Assembly (NCBI GenBank): GCA_965247215.1
Contig: OZ252001.1
Coordinates: 1,221,980-1,285,979 of the forward strand
Direction: 5' to 3'
Length of the DNA stretch: 64,000 nt
Origin: Flavobacteriaceae bacterium
Lineage (GTDB): Bacteria > Bacteroidota > Bacteroidia > Flavobacteriales > Flavobacteriaceae
Positions 51,075-62,184 of the stretch are shown here, one piece after another. Position numbers and translations under genes: made by a program. The notes below the pieces were generated by a model that saw nothing but the letters and a program-made list of their open reading frames with translations, did not search any database and was not told where the DNA came from. Each line of letters starts with the position of its first letter. Within the stretch, counting starts at the first letter, position 1.

Positions 51075-51671
51075 TTACTTTGCTTCTATTTTTGATTTAA
51101 TCTCCTTTAAAATTAATGATACAGCTTCTAATACTGAAACTTTTGTTGTATCTATCCTAATATTAGGATTTTCAGGAGTTTCATAAGGTGCATTCACACC
51201 TGTAAAATCTTTTATTAATCCCTTTCTTGCTTTTGCATACAATCCTTTAACATCTCTTCGCTCACATTCTTCAATGGGTGTATCGACAAAAATTTCGACA
51301 AAGTTAACATCTTTCACTCTATTTTTAACCATTTCTCTATCCTTTTTATAGGGAGAAACAAAGGCAGACAATACAACCAATCCAGCATCAATCATAAGGT
51401 TAGCAACTTCAGATATGCGGCGAATATTTTCGGATCTATCTTCATGCGAAAAAGACAAATTACTATTTAATCCCTTACGAACATTGTCTCCATCCAAAAT
51501 ATAAGTATGTATTCCTTTTTCAAATAACGCATGCTCCACAGCACTTGCAATGGTAGATTTACCCGAACCAGACAATCCAGTAAACCAAAGAAGAAATGCA
51601 CCATGACCATTGATGGTTATACGTTGTTCTTGCGAAATATTAAATTGATGTGGAATAATGTTTTCCTCCAT
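51075..51671 (-). CDS. cysC: adenylyl-sulfate (APS) kinase
   Basis: 198 aa; P-loop GLSGSGKST. Confidence 0.9.
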   Translation of the reverse strand: MEENIIPHQFNISQEQRITINGHGAFLLWFTGLSGSGKSTIASAVEHALFEKGIHTYILDGDNVRKGLNSNLSFSHEDRSENIRRISEVANLMIDAGLVVLSAFVSPYKKDREMVKNRVKDVNFVEIFVDTPIEECERRDVKGLYAKARKGLIKDFTGVNAPYETPENPNIRIDTTKVSVLEAVSLILKEIKSKIEAK

Positions 51672-51687
51672 GATGCTATATTATTAT

Positions 51688-52136
51688 TTAATCCTTAGTC
51701 TTATAAACGAATTTATTAAAATATCCAATAGGTAATTTCAACCATAAACGTTCATGAATGTAATAAAGTACAAATTTTGAAGATACCTCCAATAGTGCAA
51801 TAAAAAGAGCAATTTCATCAAATCGTTCTAAAATAGCCTCAGAAATTAAAAAAGTTGTTGTTGTTGCAATGATACGCCATGAAATTGTTTTATAGACAGA
51901 TTGCTTTTAGTAATTTGATCTGATTTTCTTAAAAATTGCCAGATACGCTCATGAAAATAATAAATGAAAAGTTTACTTAAAAATTCAATAGCCCCAATTT
52001 TTAAGGCATTTTCTAAACTACAATTGCTGTATAAACAGGTGACTAATAATACAATAAATACTGTATCTGTAGTTGCTATAACACGCCAAGAAATACCCTT
52101 GATTATACTACGTATATGAGAATCTTTTTTATTCAA
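51688..52136 (-). pseudogene. tandem DUF2061 membrane protein, frameshifted
   Basis: Track ORF 51846..52136 has one DUF2061 unit (ISWRVIAT...YYFHERIW); a second unit (TISWRIIATTTT...YYIHERLW..KD*) continues to 51688 in another frame; shift near 51895-51910. Confidence 0.5.
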
Positions 52137-52137
52137 T

Positions 52138-52932
52138 TTAAATAGAGACTAAAAAATAAGGATTTAAAAGATTTTCTTTATTATATCGCAATGGTTTATT
52201 AGTAGTATTATCAATAACTTTTATTCCAGCTGCCTGACATATGGCTTGTCCTGCTGCTGTATCCCACTCCATTGTTGGTGCATATCTTGGATATATATGC
52301 GCTTTCCCTTCAGCAACAAGACAAAACTTTAGTGAACTTCCTTTTGATACAATTTCTACCTGTTTTTTGTTTTCTATTTCTGAAATGAATTTTTTAGTAT
52401 CTTCATTTAGATGAGATCTGCTACCAACTATTTTTACAATTGAAGGGTTCTTATCACTTGGGGTTATTTCTGAAGCCAAAGCAATAATTTGGTCTACAGA
52501 AAGGGTACGTTCATTCACTATAAACTTAAAAGACTTAGAGGCATCTTCAGAAGTAAAATAAAGTGTTTTTGAAACAGGTACATAAATAACTCCTAAAACA
52601 GGATTCCCATTTTTTATCAAAGCAATATTTACTGTAAATTCTCCATTTCGCTTTATAAATTCTTTAGTACCATCTAAAGGATCTACAATCCAACATGCAC
52701 TCCAATCTTTCCGATCGGCATAATCCAATTGCCTATTTTCTTCACTAATAATGGGAAAATTAGTTTTAGAAAGAAAGCGATTAATTACATCGTTTGCATT
52801 TTTATCAGCACGAGTTAAAGGAGATTCATCGCCCTTTATTTCAACATTGAAATCATTTGAGGAATATACTTCTAAAATTGAGTCACCTGCCTCCAAAGAA
52901 GCTTGAATTGCAACAGCAAGAGAGTTTTTCAT
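52138..52932 (-). CDS. cysQ: 3'(2'),5'-bisphosphate nucleotidase
   Basis: 264 aa; inositol-monophosphatase fold motifs ISEE, WIVDPLDGT, WDTAAG. Confidence 0.85.
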   Translation of the reverse strand: MKNSLAVAIQASLEAGDSILEVYSSNDFNVEIKGDESPLTRADKNANDVINRFLSKTNFPIISEENRQLDYADRKDWSACWIVDPLDGTKEFIKRNGEFTVNIALIKNGNPVLGVIYVPVSKTLYFTSEDASKSFKFIVNERTLSVDQIIALASEITPSDKNPSIVKIVGSRSHLNEDTKKFISEIENKKQVEIVSKGSSLKFCLVAEGKAHIYPRYAPTMEWDTAAGQAICQAAGIKVIDNTTNKPLRYNKENLLNPYFLVSI

Positions 52933-53029
52933 TTTCCATGTTTTTTCGGCCTCAAATGTACAACAATTAGAAAATAATAATACGAGTAATTTGGCTGAAA
53001 TTATTTAACAATTACATGCTAAATACTAA

Positions 53030-53203
53030 ATCTGGACTTACTATATTAGACTGGACATAAAGGTGCGAGATTTAGAGTTGCATAATTTAACTTTGAATTA
53101 TGAAAAAACAATTAGTACAATAGATATACCTGAAGGGATATATTACCTTCATTTTTATAATGGAATAGAAATTATTCAAATGCAATTAGTAATCGAACAA
53201 TGA
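53030..53203 (+). pseudogene. orphan T9SS C-terminal domain fragment
   Basis: Frame reads ..TISTIDIPEGIYYLHFYNGIEIIQMQLVIEQ*; preceded by in-frame stop at 53027; no gene body. Confidence 0.35.
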
Positions 53204-53342
53204 ACTACCTCGACCCAAGGGTACGAGGTATCAAACGGAAGATAACTTTATTTTAGTTTGATGAAAACCTTAGGTTTTCAAACTTTCCTCTTGACCACCG
53301 AGGCAAGCCTCGGGGAATTCTTTAGATTAAAAATTTATAACT

Positions 53343-53747
53343 ATGAAATCATTTTTTTTAATATCATTGTTTTTATCATCACTACTTTCTAGTTGTAATA
53401 GTGATGATAAAAACAATAATGACAATTCTATAATTGGCACATGGAAATTAATTGAATCATATGGAAGCGATGGAACACAAGGTAGTTGGACTACCATTGA
53501 TGATGGACATTCTTATACATTCAATTTAGATAATATGATATCAAGTGATAAATATTCATGTGTTGGTAATTATATAATTAATGAAGAATTAGAATACAGC
53601 TTGTCTATAGTTTTTAATTGTCAAAACATAGAATTTAATGGAAGCTATCAATTTGAATTTGAAAATGGACAATTAGTATTATATGGAAACCCTATTAGTT
53701 GTGATGAGGGTTGTGGAGAGAAATATGAAAGAAGTACTGAAAAGTAA
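53343..53747 (+). CDS. small lipoprotein, unknown function
   Basis: 134 aa; lipobox LLSSC. Confidence 0.6.
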   Translation: MKSFFLISLFLSSLLSSCNSDDKNNNDNSIIGTWKLIESYGSDGTQGSWTTIDDGHSYTFNLDNMISSDKYSCVGNYIINEELEYSLSIVFNCQNIEFNGSYQFEFENGQLVLYGNPISCDEGCGEKYERSTEK

Positions 53748-53915
53748 AAGTATGATCACTTTATAAATATTTTTTGTTTTTAACAAAAGACATCTCCTTT
53801 TTTAGATTAATCTTTTTAGCTAATAATTATGTGTTTTTACTTATTTAATATGAGATATGTTTGTCTTATTTTTAATAATGAAAGCATCATTTATTCTCTT
53901 ATAACTATAAATAAT

Positions 53916-54955
53916 TTTAGCTAAGTTCTAAGAAGCATATTAAATAGTTGTTGTTTGTACCCGTACCAAGCGGTACTTGAGGTTAGGGTAAGGGTGACCA
54001 TACGCTGTGTGCTGTGCTTGATCTTCTCCAGCACCAGAAACCAGTTCAGGTAGTTCCGAAGGTACTTGGTGGCCACGCCATGGAACGGTTGCATAAAGTT
54101 CCTAAGCCTCTTGTCCATATTGTTGAGATTCTGTACGTGGTAGATCTGCTCTGTCTTGCGCTGCCCCCTGGAGGCATTGAACTTCTTGTGCTGCGCCTTT
54201 ATTCCCCTGACAAAGACCGTGTAGCTTCGGTGGCTGCCGCTACAAAGGGCTTCTGCCTTGTCCAGCTTACCGTCCAACACCCTTTGGAGGTCTTTTTTGC
54301 TTATCCTTCCCCTGGCGACCACCTTGAAGTCTTTGTTCCCAGAGCGGTCGCAGGTGGCAATGACAGCAACCTGCTCATCGCTGACCCCTGCTTTGCTCGT
54401 TTTGATACCACACTTAGCTGAAGGTCTGTCTAAATTGCGATTGCCCTTCTCTGAATATAAAAAGAACAGATCATCGCTCTCCACGATGCCCTCAAAGCCC
54501 TCAGAGGAGACCACCGAAAAACTTGTCAAGAACTTGTGACGCCAATCGAAGGAGGTCTGTATTGATATCTCCGTCTCCTTGGCACTCCTTCTGATGCTAT
54601 AGCCCGACAACAGGCAGTACAGATACTTCCTCACTTTGTTCTTCTTCTTTAGGGCAAACCAGAACTTACCAGTAGTCTCACTAAAATTCTTCTTGCAACT
54701 CTTGCATACATAGCGCTGTACCCCCTTAAGACGACCATTGCCACCAACGGATTTGCTCTGACAATGCGGGCAACTCAACGCCTTACCCTCTGAGGTGTCT
54801 ACCACCTCACTACTTTGCACGCTCAACTGAAAAACTCTTCTATAATCTGTTGCTGTTCGTGCTCACTACATTGATTGAAATAATCGCTGAAACCACTCGG
54901 TATCATAGGGCTACATTAGCTCACTAATAGACAATATTTTTATTAGAACTTATCC
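53916..54955 (-). mobile_element. IS1595-family (ISXO2-like) insertion sequence, full copy
   Basis: ~1.04 kb; terminal imperfect inverted repeat with core TAAGTTCTAA (53922-53931) / TTAGAACTTA (54943-54952); ~50% G+C versus ~25-30% flank. Confidence 0.6.
53921..54826 (-). CDS. IS1595-family transposase with N-terminal zinc ribbon
   Basis: 301 aa; CPHCQS...CKSCKK zinc ribbon; C-terminal HVQNLNNMDKRLRNF...GVATKYLRNYLNWF pattern. Confidence 0.65.
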   Translation of the reverse strand: MSVQSSEVVDTSEGKALSCPHCQSKSVGGNGRLKGVQRYVCKSCKKNFSETTGKFWFALKKKNKVRKYLYCLLSGYSIRRSAKETEISIQTSFDWRHKFLTSFSVVSSEGFEGIVESDDLFFLYSEKGNRNLDRPSAKCGIKTSKAGVSDEQVAVIATCDRSGNKDFKVVARGRISKKDLQRVLDGKLDKAEALCSGSHRSYTVFVRGIKAQHKKFNASRGQRKTEQIYHVQNLNNMDKRLRNFMQPFHGVATKYLRNYLNWFLVLEKIKHSTQRMVTLTLTSSTAWYGYKQQLFNMLLRT

Positions 54956-55529
54956 TTATTGTTTGATCACTTTCAAATGTTTGTTGATCCATACCCCTTT
55001 CAATTGAATGAAATAAACGCCATTTTGACAGCTGGTTAAATCCATGGTATCGGTATATCTACCAGAGACAACGTCTATAACTTTTTGCGTAATGAGTTTA
55101 CCACTCACATCGTAAACCCGCATCATAATTCTTTCTTCAGATTCTGGAGAAGCGATCTCGATAGTATAATAACCTACGCCCGGGTTCGGATAAACGGCTA
55201 CACTAATGTTGTTATAAACATTATGATTATTTGCACTTCCTGGGCAGGGATTGCCATTTACCGTCACGGTGAAGGAACAGGTATCCGTATTGCCCACTGC
55301 ATCGGTGGCCGTCCACGTAACCGTGATATTACCGATCGCAAAGACCGCTCCGGCCAGCGTGCTGGTGTTAGTAAAGTCGTTTGTGATCGTGCTTCCCAGA
55401 CAGTTATCGGTAAGGGTAGCATCCCATCCGCTACCCACCACGGTATAGCTGCAGGAGCCAGCATCGGTATTGACGGTGGTATCAGCCGGGCAGATGATGG
55501 TCGGATCCTCTGCATCGATCACGGTGATG

Positions 55530-56705
55530 TCAAAGCTGCACGTGTTCGAAGCGTTGATCTTTTGTTGCTGGGGCCAGGTCGTACCACTCCTTTTAAAAAT
55601 ATAGGCCGAGCCGGCATTTGTAGTGCCTGATGGATCTTCACGATAGGCACCCACGATGGCGTAGTCGCTGGAGATCGATACGGAAGTGCCAAACCAGTCG
55701 TATGCTTGTTTATCCGAAGCGTTGATCTTTTGTTGCTGGGGCCAGGTCGTACCATTTCTTTTAAAAATATAGGCCGAGCCGGCATCTGCAGTGCCTGATG
55801 GATCTTCCCCAGACGCACCCACGATGGCGTAGTCCCCGGAGATCGATACGGAACGGCCAAAATTGTCGTTTGCTTGTTTATCCGAAGCGTTGATCTTTTG
55901 TTGCTGGGTCCAGGTCGTACCACTCCTTTTAAAGATATAAGCCGAGCCGGCATTTGTAGTGCCTGATGGATCTTCATAATAGGCGCCCACAATAGCGTAG
56001 TCGCCGTCGATCGATACGGACCAGCCAAAATAGTCGTGTGCTTGTTTATCCGAAGCGGTGATCTTTTGTTGCTGGGCCCAACTCGTACCACTCCTTTTAA
56101 AGATATAAGCCGAGCCGGCACCAGTAGTGTTTGATGGATCTTCCCCACGCGCACCCACGATGGCGTAGTCCCCGGAGATCGATACGGACCAGCCAAAATA
56201 GTCGTCTGCTTGTTTATCCGAAGCGGTAATCTTTTGTTGCTGGGACCAGGTCGTACCATTTCTTTTAAAAATATAGACCGAGCCAGCATCTGCAGTGCCT
56301 GATGGATCTTCATAATAAGCGCCCACAATAGCGTAGTCGCCGGAGATCGATACGGAATAGCCAAACCGGTCGTATGCTTGTTTATCCGAAGCGGTGATCT
56401 TTTGTTGCTGGGTCCAGGCCGTACCACTCCTTTTAAAGATATAAGCCGAGCCAGCATTTGTAGTGCCTGATGGATCTTCCCCACGCGCACCCACGATGGC
56501 GTAGTCCCCGGAGATCGATACGGAATAGCCAAAATAGTCGTATGCTTGTTTGTCCGAAGCGGTGATCTTTTGTTGCTGAGCCCAGGTCGTACCACTCCTT
56601 TTAAAGATATAAGCCGAGCCGGCATTTGTAGTGCCTGATGGGTCTTCAAGATAGGCACCCACGATGGCGTAGTCGCCAGAGATCGATACGGAACGGCCAA
56701 AATAG
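55530..56705 (-). repeat. seven FG-GAP-like blade repeats (second propeller), 168-bp period
   Basis: GATCGATACG recurs at 55841 and 56009 (168 nt apart); 7 x 56-aa blades. Confidence 0.75.
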
Positions 56706-56934
56706 TCGGATGCGTCTCCAAGGAGCATCTGTACGATCACCGTTAATGTATCGCCTACCGGAACCGTATCACCCGATACCGGACCGCTGATCGTTGTCCA
56801 GGGTACGGTGTTGCCATCACAATCCGCAGCCACCACCAGACTGCCGTAATTGACTGCGGCGTTGCACTGCCCCGGATCATTCTCTACCACGATTAACTCC
56901 GAAGGACAGCTGATCACAGGCTCCCCATTATCAG

Positions 56935-59900
56935 TTACCGTCACGGTGAAGGAACAGGTATCCGTAAGGCCCGCTGCATCGGTGGCCGTCCAGGTAACCG
57001 TGATAGCACCGATCGCAAAGACCGCTCCGGCCAGCGTGCTGGTGTTAGTAAAGTCGTTTGTGATCGTGCCTCCCGGACAGTTATCGGTAAAGGTAGCATC
57101 CCATCCGCTGCCCACCATGGTATAGCTGCAGGAGTCAGCGTCATTATCGACGACCTGATCAGCCGGACAGCTGGTCACAGGTGCCTGGTTATCAGTTACC
57201 GTCACGGTGAAGGAACAGGTATCCGTAAGGCCCGCTGCATCGGTGGCCGTCCACGTAACCGTGATAGCACCGATCGTAAAGACCGCTCCGGCCAGCGTGC
57301 TGGTGTTAGTAAGGTCGTTTGTGATCGTGCCTTCCGGACAGTTATCGGTAAAGGTAGCATCCCATCCGCTGCCCACCACGGTATAGCTACAGGGGTCAGC
57401 GTCATTATCGACGGTCTGGTCAGCCGGACAGCTGATCACAGGTGCCTGGTTATCAGTTACCGTCACGGTGAAGGAACAGGTATCCGTATTGCCCACTGCA
57501 TCGGTGGCCGTCCACGTAACCGTGGTATCACTGATCGTAAAGACCGCTCCGGCCAGCGTGTTCGAATTATTAAAGTCGTTTGTAATCGTGCCTCCCGGAC
57601 AGTTATCGGTAAAGGTAGCATCCCATCCGCTGCCCACCACGGTATAGCTGCACAAGTCCGCGTCATTATCGACGGTCTGGTCAGCCGGACAGCTGATCAC
57701 AGGTGCCTGGTTATCAGTTACCGTCACGGTGAAGGAACAGGTATCCGTAAGGCCCGCTGCATCGGTGGCCGTCCACGTAACCGTGATATTACCGATCGCA
57801 AAGACCGCTCCGGCCAGCGTGCTGGTGTTAGTAAGGTCGTTTGTGATCGTGCCTTCCGGACAGTTATCGGTAAAGGTAGCATCCCATCCGCTGCCCACCA
57901 TGGTATAGCTGCAGGAGTCAGCGTCATTACCGACGGTCTGGTCAGCCGGACAACTGGTCACAGGTGCCTGGTTATCAGTTACCGTCACGGTGAAGGAACA
58001 GGTATCCGTAAGACCCGCTGCATCGGTGGCCGTCCACGTAACCGTGATATTACCGATCGCAAAGACCGCTCCGTCCAGCGTGCCGGTGTTAGTAAGGTCG
58101 TTTGTGATCGTGCCTCCCGGGCAGTTATCGGTAAAGGTAGCATCCCATCCGCTGCCCGCCATGGTATAGCTGCAGGAGTCAGCGTCATTATCGACGGTCT
58201 GATCAGCCAGACAACTGGTCACAGGTGCCTGGTTATCAGTTACCGTCACGGTGAAGGAACAGGTATCCGTAAGGCCCGCTGCATCGGTGGCCGTCCACGT
58301 AACGGGGGTATCACCGATCGCAAAGACCGCTCCGGCCAGCGTGCCGGTGTTAGTAAGGTCGTTTGTGATCGTGCCTCCCGGACAGTTATCGGTAAAGTCA
58401 GCATCCCATCCGCTGCCCACCATGGTATAGCTGCAGGAGTCAGCGTCATTACCGACGGTCTGATCAGCCGGACAGCTGGTCACAGGTGCCTGGTTATCAG
58501 TTACCGTCACGGTGAAGGAACAGGTATCCGTAAGACCCGCTGCATCGGTGGCCGTCCACGTAACGGGGGTATCACCGATCGCAAAGACCGCTCCGGCCAG
58601 CGTGCCGGTGTTAGTAAGGTCGTTTGTGATGGTGCCTCCCGGACAGTTATCGGTAAAGTCAGCATCCCATCCGCTGCCCACCATGGTATAGCTGCAGGAG
58701 TCAGCGTCATTACCGACGGCCTGATCAGCCGGACAGCTGATCACAGGTGCCTGGTTATCAGTTACCGTCACGGTGAAGGAACAGGTATCCGTAAGGCCCG
58801 CTGCATCGGTGGCCGTCCACGTAACGGGGGTATCACCGATCGCAAAGACCGCTCCGGCCAGCGTGCCGGTGTTAGTAAAGTCGTTTGTGATCGTGCCTCC
58901 CGGACAGTTATCGGTAAAGGTAGCATCCCATCCGCTGCCCACCACGGTATAGCTGCAGGAGTCAGTGTCATTATCGACGGTCTGGTCAGCCGGACAGCTG
59001 ATCACAGGTGCCTGGTTATCAGTTACCGTCACGGTGAAGGAACAGGTATCCGTATTGCCCACTGCATCGGTGGCCGTCCACGTAACCGTGATATTACCGA
59101 TCGCAAAGACCGCTCCGTCCAGCGTGCTGGTGTTAGTAAGGTCGTTTGTGATCGTGCCTCCCGGACAGTTATCGGTAAGGGTAGCATCCCATCCGCTGCC
59201 CACCACGGTATAGCTGCAGGAGTCAGTGTCATTATCGACGGTCTGGTCAGCCGGACAGCTGATCACAGGTGCCTGGTTATCAGTTACCGTCACGGTGAAG
59301 GAACAGGTATCCGTATTGCCCACTGCATCGGTGGCCGTCCACGTAACCGTGATATTACCGATCGCAAAGACCGCTCCGTCCAGCGTGCTGGTGTTAGTAA
59401 GGTCGTTTGTGATCGTGCCTCCCGGACAGTTATCGGTAAAGGTAGCATCCCATCCGCTGCCCACCACGGTATAGCTGCAGGAGTCAGTGTCATTATCGAC
59501 GGTCTGGTCAGCCGGACAGCTGATCACAGGTGCCTGGTTATCAGTTACCGTCACGGTGAAGGAACAGGTATCCGTATTGCCCGCTGCATCGGTGGCCGTC
59601 CACGTAACCGTGATATTACCGATCGCAAAGACCGCTCCGTCCAGCGTGTTGGTGTTAGTAAGGTCGTTTGTGATCGTGCCTCCCGGACAGTTATCGGTAA
59701 GGGTAGCATCCCATCCGCTGCCCACCACGGTATAGCTGCACAAGTCAGTGTCATTATCGACGGTCTGGTCAGCCGGACAGCTGGTCACAGGTGCCTGGTT
59801 ATCAGTTACCGTCACGGTGAAGGAACAGGTATCCGTATTGCCCACTGCATCGGTGGCCGTCCACGTAACCGTGATATCACCGATCGCAAAGACCGCACCG

Positions 59901-62150
59901 TCCAGCGTGCTGGTGTTAGTAAGGTCGTTTGTGATGGTGCCTCCCGGACAGTTATCGGTAAAGGTCAGCATCCCATCCGCTGCCCACCATGGTATAGCTG
60001 CAGGAGTCAGCGTCATTATCGACGGTCTGATCAGCCGGACAGCTGGTCACAGGTGCCTGGTTATCAGTTACCGTCACGGTGAAGGAACAGGTATCCGTAA
60101 GGCCCGCTGCATCGGTGGCCGTCCACGTAACCGTGGTATCACCGATCGCAAAGACCGCTCCGTCCAGCGTGCTGGTGTTAGTAAGGTCGTTTGTGATCGT
60201 GCCTCCCGGACAGTTATCGGTAAAGTCAGCATCCCATCCGCTGCCCACCATGGTATAGCTGCAGGAGTCAGCGTCATTATCGACGGTCTGGTCAGCCGGA
60301 CAGCTGATCACAGGTGCCTGGTTATCAGTTACCGTCACGGTGAAGGAACAGGTATCCGTATTGCCCGCTGCATCGGTGGCCGTCCACGTAACCGTGATAT
60401 TACCGATCGCAAAGACCGCTCCGGCCAGCGTGCTGGTGTTAGTAAGGTCGTTTGTGATGGTGCCTCCTGGACAGTTATCGGTAAAGGCAGCATCCCATCC
60501 GCTGCCCACCATGGTATAGCTGCACAAGTCAGCGTCATTATCGACGACCTGATCAGCCGGACAGCTGATCACAGGTGCCTGGTTATCAGTTACCGTCACG
60601 GTGAAAGAACAGGTATCCGTAAGGCCCGCTGCATCGGTGGCCGTCCAGGTAACCGTGATAGCACCGATCGCAAAGACCGCTCCGGCCAGCGTGCTGGTGT
60701 TAGTAAAGTCGTTTGTGATCGTGCCTCCTGGACAGTTATCGGTAAAGGTAGCATCCCATCCGCTGCCCACCACGGTATAGCTGCACAAGTCAGCGTCATT
60801 ATCGACGACCTGATCAGCCGGACAGCTGGTCACAGGTGCCTGGTTATCAGTTACCGTCACGGTGAAGGAACAGGTATCCGTAAGGCCCGCTGCATCGGTG
60901 GCCGTCCAGGTAACCGTGATATCACCGATCGCAAAGACCGCTCCGGTCAGCGTGCTGGTGTTAGTAAAGTCGTTTGTGATCGTGCCTCCCGGACAGTTAT
61001 CTTTAAAGTCAGCATCCCATCCGCTGCCCACCACGGTATAGCTGCACAAGTCCGCGTCATTATCGACGGCCTGATCAGCCGGACAGCTGATCACAGGTGC
61101 CTGGTTATCAGTTACCGTCACGGTGAAGGAACAGGTATCCGTAAGGCCCGCTGCATCGGTGGCCGTCCACGTAACCGTGATATCACCGATCGCAAAGACC
61201 GCTCCGGCCAGCGTGCTGGTGTTAGTAAGGTCGTTTGTGATCGTGCCTCCCGGACAGTTATCGGTAAAGGTAGCATCCCATCCGCTGCCCACCATGGTAT
61301 AGCTGCACAAGTCCGCGTCATTATCGACGGCCTGGTCAGCCGGACAGCTGGTCACAGGTGCCTGGTTATCAGTTACCGTCACGGTGAAGGAACAGGTATC
61401 CGTAAGGCCCGCTGCATCGGTGGCCGTCCAGGTAACCGTGATATCACCGATCGTAAAGACCGCTCCGTCCAGCGTGCTGGTGTTAGTAAAATCGTTTGTG
61501 ATCGTGCCTCCCGGACAGTTATCTTTAAAGTCAGCATCCCATCCGCTGCCCACCATGGTATAGCTGCACAAGTCCGCGTCATTATCGACGGTCTGGTCAG
61601 CCGGACAGCTGATCACAGGTGCCTGGTTATCAGTTACCGTCACGGTGAAGGAACAGGTATCCGTAAGACCCGCTGCATCGGTGGCAGTCCAGGTAACCGT
61701 GATATCACCGATCGCAAAGACTGCTCCGGCCAGCGTGTTCGAATTATTAAAGTCGTTTGTGATCGTGCCTCCCCGACAGTTATCGGTAAAGGTAGCATCC
61801 CATCCGCTACCCACCATGGTATAGCTGCAGGAGTCTGCGTCATTATCGACGGTCTGGTCAGCCGGACAGCTGATCACAGGTGCCTGGTTATCAGTTACCG
61901 TCACGGTGAAAGAACAGGTATCCGTAAGGCCCGCTGCATCGGTGGCCGTCCACGTAACCGTGATATCACCGATTGCAAAGACCGCTCCGTCCAGCGTGTT
62001 GGTGTTAGTAAGGTCGTTTGTGATCCTGCCTTCCAGACAGTTATCGGTAAAGGTAGCATCCCATCCGCTGCCCACCATGGTATAGCTGCACAAGTCCGCG
62101 TCATTATCGACGGTCTGGTCAGCCAGACAGCTGATGGTCGGATCCTCTGC
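56935..62150 (-). repeat. 20 tandem copies of a 261-bp (87-aa HYR-like) coding repeat
   Basis: Alternative-frame ORFs recur every 261 nt (56941, 57202, ... 61901); protein repeat CPADQxVDNDADxCSYTxVGSGWDAxFTDNCPGGTITND...TVTWTATDAAGLTDTCSFTVTVTDNQAPV. Confidence 0.9.
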
Positions 62151-62184
62151 ATCGATCACGGTGATGTCAAAGCTGCACATGTCT

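Noticed and set aside
56935-62150. Regular 261-bp tandem repeats, which could be mistaken for a CRISPR-like or satellite array
   Set aside because: There is no repeat-spacer alternation. The whole unit is conserved, is a multiple of 3 and encodes an in-frame 87-aa protein domain.
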